Shown here: piece after piece, positions 1-6,310 of the stretch
Layout of the letters: each line of letters begins with the position of its first letter
How positions within the stretch are numbered: the stretch's first letter is position 1
From: a virus
Taxonomy: Duplodnaviria > Caudoviricetes
IMG/VR virus record: IMGVR_UViG_3300027007_000024
Span: 1-29,918 of that record
DNA: 29,918 bases
Direction: 5' to 3' (one strand)
The notes under the pieces: model-generated
Database searches by the model: none
Told to the model about the DNA's origin: nothing
The model's input: the letters and a program-made list of their open reading frames with translations, nothing else
Position numbers and translations under genes: made by a program

Positions 1-858
1 ATGCTGGAGACCAGCCAGTTCCTCGGCACCCACCACTACGAGGAGCCCGAGGACCTCGGGGCACGCCTCGGCTACTCCGACCCGCCGACGCACGTCTCGC
101 TGTTCAGCGGCGTCGGCGGGTTCGACCTCGGGTTTGCCCAGGCGGGCTTCGAGAACCTCGTCGCGGTCGAGGCCAACCAGCAGGCCGCCGACACCTACCG
201 GGCGAACCTCATCAACGACTGCGAGAACTACGGCCAGGAGGAGCCGCCGGTCCTTCTGGAGCGCGACATTCGGGACATCGCGACCTGGGAGATACTCGAG
301 GCGGCGGGCGTCGGCGTCGGGCAGATCACCGCGATCTCCGGCGGGCCGCCCTGCCAGGGCTTCAGCCACATCGGGAAGCGCGAGGAAGACGACCCGCGAA
401 ACGAGCTCTACCTCGAGATGGCCCGGATCGTCCACCAGGCCAAACCTGTGTTCTTCGTCATGGAGAACGTCCCCGGCCTGGCGACGATGAAGGACGGGAG
501 AGCTATCATGGAGGTCTGCGAGACCTTCGAGGCCGGCGGCTACCAGGTCAACTGGGACGTCCTCAACGCCGCAGACTACGGCGTCCCCCAGAAGCGAAAG
601 CGGGTGTTCGTCATCGGCAAGCGCGTCGACGTGATGGGCCTCCCCGAGGAGGGTAACCCCCAGCTGCACATCGGCGCGAAGCCCGGCGGGATCGAGCACC
701 CCGAGTTCTTCCGGGAGCGTCACGACCTGAACGAGCCCGACCAGGCACGGCTCGACGCCTTCGGCGACGATCCGGAGACGCTGGACGAGATCGTCGAGCG
801 TCTCGCGAAGGATGGTGTCGACGGACTCGGCGGATTTGAGGGGGGTGCAAAGGCGTGA
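1..858 (+). CDS. DNA (cytosine-5) methyltransferase, motifs I-VIII only
   Basis: Motif I SLFSGVGGFDLG, motif IV GGPPCQGFS, motif VI MENVPG, motif VIII YGVPQKRKRVF. No recognisable motif IX or X. The true start could lie upstream of the window. Confidence 0.92.
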   Translation: MLETSQFLGTHHYEEPEDLGARLGYSDPPTHVSLFSGVGGFDLGFAQAGFENLVAVEANQQAADTYRANLINDCENYGQEEPPVLLERDIRDIATWEILEAAGVGVGQITAISGGPPCQGFSHIGKREEDDPRNELYLEMARIVHQAKPVFFVMENVPGLATMKDGRAIMEVCETFEAGGYQVNWDVLNAADYGVPQKRKRVFVIGKRVDVMGLPEEGNPQLHIGAKPGGIEHPEFFRERHDLNEPDQARLDAFGDDPETLDEIVERLAKDGVDGLGGFEGGAKA

Positions 859-866
859 GGGGCTTA

Positions 867-1016
867 TTAGCGGTTTGCGCCTCTTCGTCTCGACGAGTTA
901 CTGAACACTCGGTCGAGCCGTCGACGAATCTTCACCCCCAACCGGCCACCGAGATAGAGGCCAACCACGAAGAAGGTGACAAACGTGACGAGTATCATCA
1001 ATTCGAGGGGCGTCAT
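867..1016 (-). CDS. 49-aa single-TM membrane microprotein (not in ORF track)
   Basis: Manual translation MTPLELMILVTFVTFFVVGLYLGGRLGVKIRRRLDRVFSNSSRRRGANR. TTATAA lies about 26 nt upstream, which fits a leaderless transcript. Confidence 0.6.
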   Translation of the reverse strand: MTPLELMILVTFVTFFVVGLYLGGRLGVKIRRRLDRVFSNSSRRRGANR

Positions 1017-1040
1017 GTAGATGAGAAAGAGCGTTCCCCT

Positions 1041-1048
1041 CTTATAAC
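1041..1048 (-). promoter_or_regulatory. TATA box for the leftward microprotein
   Basis: TTATAA at 1042-1047 in a GC-rich background, at archaeal spacing from ATG 1016. Confidence 0.55.
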
Positions 1049-1254
1049 CGGTGGGTGGGGGTGGTGGGCGTGAGTGACCCAGAGCCCGGAGACGCCCGAC
1101 AGAATGCGGAGATTACGCACGGCACCAATCAGATACTTTACCATCCGAAAACGGCGTTTCTCGACAACGCCTATTTCTTGGAAAACAAGCCCGTCAGCAA
1201 GAATACGGCGGGGTTAGCACTAAGGAATTGGCGGCCCTATGGATATACGCAAAT

Positions 1255-1383
1255 ATGTCAGGAAAACCAGACACAAGCGGATGCGAACGGTGCGGCTCGG
1301 AGAACGGCGTCGAAACGGTGGCGGTCACGTCCCACCCGACGCGGCCGAACGAACACCGAAACCTCTGTGAGGGGTGTCGCTGA
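1255..1383 (+). CDS. 42-aa CxxC...CxxC zinc-finger microprotein (not in ORF track)
   Basis: MSGKPDTSGCERCGSENGVETVAVTSHPTRPNEHRNLCEGCR; TGATG overlap with the next gene. Confidence 0.65.
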   Translation: MSGKPDTSGCERCGSENGVETVAVTSHPTRPNEHRNLCEGCR

Positions 1384-1601
1384 TGGGGGACGGATTCAAC
1401 AAACACAGAGAAATGACCGTCGCTCTAATCGAGCAACATCGCCAGGAAGATGGGCCGATGGGGTACGAGGGGGAGGCCGAGGAGTGTCCAGTCGATGGTT
1501 GTCCGAAGGAATTCAAGGTGGAAACGAGCGAATTGGACGATCACGTCTTGGACGATCACAACCCCGAGAACTGGCCGCCGATTTTCCTCGAAGGGGAGTA
1601 G
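1383..1601 (+). CDS. small C2H2-like zinc-finger protein
   Basis: ECPVDGC...LDDHVLDDH; acidic; TGATG-coupled start. Confidence 0.7.
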   Translation: MGDGFNKHREMTVALIEQHRQEDGPMGYEGEAEECPVDGCPKEFKVETSELDDHVLDDHNPENWPPIFLEGE

Positions 1602-1661
1602 GCTTCTATCCGCAGCACCTCATCCGTAGCAGCCGCTCAGTAGCCACGGGAGGTGGGGCCG

Positions 1662-1883
1662 GTGGCGAGTGAGCGACACGCGGACGAGGTCGGCCGCGAG
1701 GAGTACGGCCCGATCCACGGCTACGGGTGTGCCGACTGCGAGGTCTGGTGGCCCAAGGGATCTGACACCCATCCGCTGACGGAGGCCAACGACCACGCCC
1801 GACGTCGTCACGACGGCGACAGGGAGCCGATCGTCATCGTCCGCGACGAGACGGCCGTCGCGACGTGGGAGGTGGCCGAGTAG
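1662..1883 (+). CDS. small zinc-binding hypothetical protein
   Basis: CADC...DHARRRH; GGAGGTG Shine-Dalgarno before the GTG; stop abuts the next ATG. Confidence 0.65.
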   Translation: MASERHADEVGREEYGPIHGYGCADCEVWWPKGSDTHPLTEANDHARRRHDGDREPIVIVRDETAVATWEVAE

Positions 1884-2570
1884 ATGTCCACGCTCTCCCG
1901 GTCAGACCTGGAGGCGATGGACCGCGACCAGCTCATCGAGGAGATCCTCGACCTGGACCGCCGGGTGGCCGACCTCGAGGAGGAGATCGAGTCCCACCGG
2001 GAGCACGCCAACCGGGACCGCGCGAAGATCCGCGCCGAGCGCGACGAGCTCCTCGAGGACCTCCGCGACGAGATCGCCGACCTTCAGGACGACCTCGACC
2101 GGTCCGAACGCCGCCTCCACCAGGAGCGCTCGAAGGTCGTTCGCCGCGTCGCCAACATCGAAGACGAACTCGGCTTCGAGGACGAGGACGTCATCGCCCT
2201 GGCCGAGGGTGGCGAAGCGGCCCTTCGAGAGAGCCCACTCTCTCGACTCCTGGAGGCGGGCCCGGAGGCCGTCGACGACCGCTCGTCGGAGACGCTCTAC
2301 CGAGCGGAGACGCTCGCGCGCAACTGGATCCGCTGGGGAGGGTCGAAGGAACAAGATGGAGAGATCGTCGAGCGGACGCTGGCCTCCAGTCGCGACGACC
2401 TCCGAACGCGCCTCGAGGACGCCCGCAACGAGACCCTCCGGTGGAAGCAGGTCTACCGCGCCATGCTGAAGATCGCCGAGATGGGGCCGGAGAACATCCG
2501 CCTCGTCGAGCGGGACGACTGGGGGAAGACGCTCGTTCAGGACTGCCGCGGAGGTGACCGTCTCCGATGA
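1884..2570 (+). CDS. coiled-coil protein with probable C-terminal winged-helix DNA-binding domain
   Basis: About 100-aa acidic heptad-rich N-terminus; the C-terminal helix-turn-helix/wing pattern (WKQVYRAMLKIAE...IRLVER..WGKTLV) is inferred. Confidence 0.75.
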   Translation: MSTLSRSDLEAMDRDQLIEEILDLDRRVADLEEEIESHREHANRDRAKIRAERDELLEDLRDEIADLQDDLDRSERRLHQERSKVVRRVANIEDELGFEDEDVIALAEGGEAALRESPLSRLLEAGPEAVDDRSSETLYRAETLARNWIRWGGSKEQDGEIVERTLASSRDDLRTRLEDARNETLRWKQVYRAMLKIAEMGPENIRLVERDDWGKTLVQDCRGGDRLR

Positions 2571-2795
2571 CGCTCACTGACAGCCGTCGTCAGTGGCGGT
2601 CCAGGGGTGACCGTCAGAGAGGGGGGTGGTTTGGCCGAAAACCACCCCCCTGACCACAACCGCACCTTACCCCCACCGCAACCGCATTTGTGTTTGTGTG
2701 GGTTCGCTACTGACGGGTAAACCGGCAGACAGCCGGCGACAGCCATGTCGTCTGCCGGTTTCACCGAATCGCTCACTGACGACGGCTGTCAGTGG
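2571..2795. repeat. nested inverted-repeat region (origin- or recombination-site-like)
   Basis: 21-bp exact inverted pair 2575-2595/2774-2794; 13-bp hairpin 2620-2632/2639-2651; 12-bp hairpin 2719-2730/2750-2761; ACCGCA short repeats. Confidence 0.85.
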
Positions 2796-2815
2796 ACCAG
2801 CTCCAGAGACCACCG

Positions 2816-3013
2816 ATGAGCAAAGCACACCACGGACGTCAGAACAGTGGCGCGAGTACCCTCTCGTGGCGATACGCCTGCCCGGCGGCTCGTCACCAGG
2901 GGGTTCGACGGCGGTCGGACGGCATCTACTGCCAGTCCTGCGACCGGCGATTTCAGCAGGTCATCGACCTCCGGGACGACGTCGCGATCCCGGTGGAGGA
3001 GACCACGTCGTGA
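2816..3013 (+). CDS. small zinc-ribbon protein
   Basis: YACPAARH...YCQSCDRRF; GTGA overlap with the next gene. Confidence 0.65.
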   Translation: MSKAHHGRQNSGASTLSWRYACPAARHQGVRRRSDGIYCQSCDRRFQQVIDLRDDVAIPVEETTS

Positions 3014-3222
3014 CGGTCCTCACCGCGGAGGACCTCGAGGGAGCGCACACTTATCTCGCTGAAGCGCGGCCAGACTGGTCGCGATCGATGGCCGCCATCA
3101 GGAACGTCGGCGGGCCCTGGGAGTGTCCGGGGTGCGGTGCGGCCAGTCTCCTCGTCTACCGCTGCTCGCAGTGCGGCCGGGACCTCGCCGGGAGTGGCAC
3201 CTCTCACGGTCGCCAATCCTGA
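3010..3222 (+). CDS. small CPxCG zinc-finger protein
   Basis: ECPGCG...YRCSQCGRDLAG; this is the C-terminal part of track ORF 2626..3222. Confidence 0.7.
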   Translation: MTVLTAEDLEGAHTYLAEARPDWSRSMAAIRNVGGPWECPGCGAASLLVYRCSQCGRDLAGSGTSHGRQS

Positions 3223-3269
3223 CCCACCCCCCATCCCCCCGGCAGAGGGCCTGAAACGGCAGCCTACAC

Positions 3270-3286
3270 GAACCCTTATAAGTTAT
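3270..3286 (+). promoter_or_regulatory. BRE/TATA promoter, candidate late-operon promoter
   Basis: GAACCCTTATAAGTTAT in an intergenic gap; downstream leader has a hairpin at 3338-3360; a long co-directional gene run follows. Confidence 0.6.
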
Positions 3287-3370
3287 CGGGCACGAGCATC
3301 TGGTAAGGAGCCTGTCAGAGGGCCCCGGTTCTCCCCCCGGCGGCGTTCACAGCGCCGTCGATACCCAGCC

Positions 3371-3943
3371 ATGTCTGTCACACCCATGACTCAGGAGCCG
3401 CGCGTCCAGTGTGCTCACTGCGACGGGCCGCGCGACCCGAACGCCTCGGTCGCGGGATCGTACTGCTCGACGGAGTGCTACTACCGCGACAAGGGCGAGG
3501 GCATCCTCTCGGAGCTGGAGCACGACCACACGGTCTGTTCCACGTGTTTCGCGACGCTGAAGGAGATCGAGACGCCCCGGCAGGACGATCCAGACTGCTA
3601 CGTGGGCATCGAGCACCCGACCGTCAACGCCACCAGGGCGGACGGCGCCCCCCATCCTGCAGACACGGACGAGCTGGGCGTCCTGCGACCGGAGCCGTCG
3701 ACGCACACGCCGCTGGCCTGCCGGTGTGGCGCCATCGAGAACGAACGCGACGAGACGATCGAGCGCATCGAGGGCGCGGACGTCCTGCTGAACCTCTGGG
3801 GTCAGCTCTGTCGCCTCTACACCCAGGGCGCGATCGACAACGCCCCGAGCAAGGACCGGCTGTTCGACGGCCTTCGCGAGCAGGGCCGCGACTGGGCGTA
3901 CGCCATCGGCGTCAGCGTCTGGGGTGGCGACGAGCAGACATGA
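3371..3943 (+). CDS. multi-Cys zinc-binding protein (CxxC...YCSxxC, TRASH/MYM-like N-terminus)
   Basis: CAHC, YCSTEC, CSTC and CRCG motifs; acidic composition from ATG 3371 onward. Confidence 0.75.
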   Translation: MSVTPMTQEPRVQCAHCDGPRDPNASVAGSYCSTECYYRDKGEGILSELEHDHTVCSTCFATLKEIETPRQDDPDCYVGIEHPTVNATRADGAPHPADTDELGVLRPEPSTHTPLACRCGAIENERDETIERIEGADVLLNLWGQLCRLYTQGAIDNAPSKDRLFDGLREQGRDWAYAIGVSVWGGDEQT

Positions 3944-4194
3944 GCACGCAGATCAGCATCTCCCGGGACCCGCAGGACTACCGTCTCTCGGTCCACGCCG
4001 GGCAGCGTCACAAGGAGCGAGACATCCCGAAGGAGGCCATCGCGGACACGATCGCGACGGGCGAGGTCCGCCACACCGACGACGCCACGCTACGGCTGTT
4101 CGTCAAACAGCACCCGGGCGATCCGGCACCCATCGGCGTCACGGCTGACGTCGAGACAGGCGAGGTGGTCACGGTGACCTGGCGAGACACCTGA
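3940..4194 (+). CDS. DUF4258-like protein (RelE/BrnT-type RNase-fold candidate)
   Basis: LSVHAGQRHKERDIPKEAIADTIATG...VVTVTW matches the HA..R..ER.I...I..G...V.TV pattern; ATGA overlap. Confidence 0.65.
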   Translation: MSTQISISRDPQDYRLSVHAGQRHKERDIPKEAIADTIATGEVRHTDDATLRLFVKQHPGDPAPIGVTADVETGEVVTVTWRDT

Positions 4195-4199
4195 CCCCA

Positions 4200-4530
4200 C
4201 GGCCGAAACCCGACGCGACGGCGCCGACATCGAAAGACCGTCGCGTGTGACGCTCCGGACGCGGCGAGGCCAGACCACACTCCAGAGACCTCGAGCTTGG
4301 TCCGTCATCGTCGAGAGCGAACGTCCCGCTACACACCCGCGACCCGCGTCCGACCCGTGCCGGGATTGCTCGCAGGCCGACCCACCCTCGGGACAACCGA
4401 GACGCGTCGGCGTACCCACTGCGGGCGGCCGAGAGGCCCCGGCACACGTTCCATTCCACCCCTTTCGACTCGCGACAGGTTCACCGGGTTCGACTCCCGG
4501 CGCGAACGTGACAGACTCCCTTTCGGGAGG
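4200..4530 (+). ncRNA. putative multi-domain structured RNA ending in a mini-tRNA element
   Basis: Many nested helices, GAAA/GAGA tetraloops, canonical T-arm CCGGG-TTCGACT-CCCGG; no acidic ORF in any frame. Confidence 0.6.
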
Positions 4531-4617
4531 ACCTCGAATGCCATGCCGAAGCCAACGCCAGACCCGAAACACAGAGCGAGTATCGAACTCAAATGCCTCG
4601 GTCGGTCGGTGATTCCC

Positions 4618-4821
4618 ATGCCGGAGGACAACGGTCGGAAAGCCGCGAAGGCCGTCGCGCTGATACTCGTCTCAGTGTGGTCGGTCATCACCCTAAGCCT
4701 CACCCTCGAGGGCGTCGCCGCCGTCTCGCCACCGTTCTACGGCGTGTTCACGGCCGTCGTCTTCGCCCTCGTGGGCAAGCTCTGGGACATCGAAGTCAAG
4801 CAGTATCTCGGGAGGCGTTGA
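4618..4821 (+). CDS. 2-TM membrane protein (holin-like candidate)
   Basis: Two hydrophobic segments, basic C-terminus, GGTGA SD. Alternative in-frame start at 4543. Confidence 0.7.
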   Translation: MPEDNGRKAAKAVALILVSVWSVITLSLTLEGVAAVSPPFYGVFTAVVFALVGKLWDIEVKQYLGRR

Positions 4822-4824
4822 CGC

Positions 4825-5100
4825 ATGGGCTACAACCTCGACGAGTTCGCCGACGACCACGAGGAGCAGCACGCCCTCGGGACGGGCTTCGGCGTGGGCG
4901 TCCTGCTCGCCGCCGGGCTCCAGTTCGCCCTCGGCCCGGCACTGGCCGGCCTGGTCCTGGTCTTCGTCGTCCGCATCGTCCGGCAGAAGCGGCCCGCCGC
5001 CGCAGACACGCAGGACCTCCTGAACGACATCCGCCGCGAGCCTCACTACTTCGCCACCGCCCTCGGCGCTGGCCTGCTCGCGGCACTGGCCGTCATCTGA
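4825..5100 (+). CDS. small multi-TM membrane protein
   Basis: Two to three hydrophobic segments; tight gene packing. Confidence 0.75.
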   Translation: MGYNLDEFADDHEEQHALGTGFGVGVLLAAGLQFALGPALAGLVLVFVVRIVRQKRPAAADTQDLLNDIRREPHYFATALGAGLLAALAVI

Positions 5101-5103
5101 CCC

Positions 5104-5325
5104 ATGCACCGGACCATCACGAACGTCGTCGCGGGCCTGGTCGTCCTGAGCGTCCACGGCGCCTGGCTGGCGATGGAGTGGACGGGCCGAGAGCCCGACT
5201 CGATCATCATGCTCGGTGGCGTGGCGATCTCGATCGGCGCCGCGTACCACCTCTGGGACGGCAGCATGGACTCGGGCGTTGAGGCGGTCGGAGAGCTGCA
5301 GGGCGAAGAGGGCGGCGAGGAGTGA
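5104..5325 (+). CDS. 2-TM membrane protein
   Basis: Two hydrophobic helices and an acidic tail. Confidence 0.75.
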   Translation: MHRTITNVVAGLVVLSVHGAWLAMEWTGREPDSIIMLGGVAISIGAAYHLWDGSMDSGVEAVGELQGEEGGEE

Positions 5326-5329
5326 GGGC

Positions 5330-5524
5330 ATGACCTACATCTTCGAGTGCGACGGGTGGTGCGGCGAGACGCACACCGACGACCCGCCGGCACTCACCTG
5401 CGAGTTCTCCGAGCGGTGGTTCAAGACCTCCGAGCACGCTGCCGCCCTGAAGTCCCTCGGGTACTCCCCGGGCGACCTCGTCACGCTCTGCGGTCCCTGT
5501 GCCCGCCGACTTCTCGAGGCCTGA
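5330..5524 (+). CDS. small zinc-binding protein
   Basis: CDGWC...LCGPC. Confidence 0.7.
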   Translation: MTYIFECDGWCGETHTDDPPALTCEFSERWFKTSEHAAALKSLGYSPGDLVTLCGPCARRLLEA

Positions 5525-5526
5525 CC

Positions 5527-5796
5527 ATGCCCGACGACTACCGCGACCGACATCGGGAGCGGACCCACGAGGACAGTTCCGCCAACTACTGCCCGGGCTG
5601 TGGCCGACCGCTCGACACTGCCGACCGCGTCGACGTCCACCACCGCGACGGCGACCCCACCAATGGCAGTCCGGACAACCTCCGCGTCCGCTGCCTGCGC
5701 TGCCACCTGAAGGGCGAGCACGATCGCAACGTCGAACCGGGCAGCCCGTCCGGTCCCCGGAGCGGGCCTCGGCGGCCGCGGACGGCGCCGCGGTGA
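5527..5796 (+). CDS. HNH endonuclease (terminase-associated position)
   Basis: CPGCG...DVHHRDGDPTNGSPDNLRVRCLRCH; directly upstream of the terminase genes. Confidence 0.9.
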   Translation: MPDDYRDRHRERTHEDSSANYCPGCGRPLDTADRVDVHHRDGDPTNGSPDNLRVRCLRCHLKGEHDRNVEPGSPSGPRSGPRRPRTAPR

Positions 5797-5833
5797 GGCC
5801 GTACCGCTGTCCCCACGACGGACACCCCATGCC

Positions 5834-6310
5834 ATGACATCTGACGAGCCACTCCCCGACCGTTGCGGCGCCGAGTGCCGCGACAGTGGGTACTGCACGC
5901 AGTATCCCGTTCAGGGGAGCGAGCGCTGTCGGATGCACGGCGGGTCGTCGCCGAAGGGCAAGGACCATCCGAGCTACGAGCACGGCGCCTACAGCGAACA
6001 CCTCCGGTCGGACCTCTCGGACGACGAACGCGAGGCGATGGACGACCTCGTCGACGGCCTTCAGGACGAAGAGGCCAGTCTGGACGTCGTCCGGGAGATG
6101 GCGGCGGAGGCGGCGCTGAAGTACAAGCGCTCGGGTGACCACCGCTTCCTTCGGGAGTTCCGCCAACTGGTCTCTGAGTTCAACCTGGCTCCGAACGCCG
6201 ACCACCTCGAGGTCGACGCCAACGTCGACGCCGAGCACTCCCTGGACGACGAGACGCGCGAGGTCGTCCGGGACGTCCTGAACAAGCGCCGGGAGGCCAG
6301 CGATGAGTAG
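5834..6310 (+). CDS. terminase small subunit (putative)
   Basis: RCRMHGG...HGAYS motif; immediately upstream of and overlapping TerL. Confidence 0.75.
   Translation: MTSDEPLPDRCGAECRDSGYCTQYPVQGSERCRMHGGSSPKGKDHPSYEHGAYSEHLRSDLSDDEREAMDDLVDGLQDEEASLDVVREMAAEAALKYKRSGDHRFLREFRQLVSEFNLAPNADHLEVDANVDAEHSLDDETREVVRDVLNKRREASDE

Noticed and set aside
855-1672. Track ORFs 855..1073 and 1055..1672
   Set aside because: Atypical composition; better explained by the microproteins at 867-1016 (-), 1255-1383 and 1383-1601.
4191-4246. Hammerhead ribozyme (CTGA...GAAA)
   Set aside because: Core reads CTGACCC rather than CTGANGA, and the required stems are missing.
4470-4510. Full tRNA gene or attP site
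   Set aside because: No D-arm, anticodon arm or CCA, and no integrase nearby; kept only as a mini-tRNA element.
4247-4617. ORF 4247..4612 and the N-terminal extension of 4297..4821
   Set aside because: Arg/Pro-rich and non-acidic, with non-ATG starts; only the hydrophobic part from 4618 (or 4543) looks coding.
5797-5833. cos site between HNH and TerS
   Set aside because: The gap is only ~37 nt with no recognisable symmetry; termini cannot be inferred without reads.
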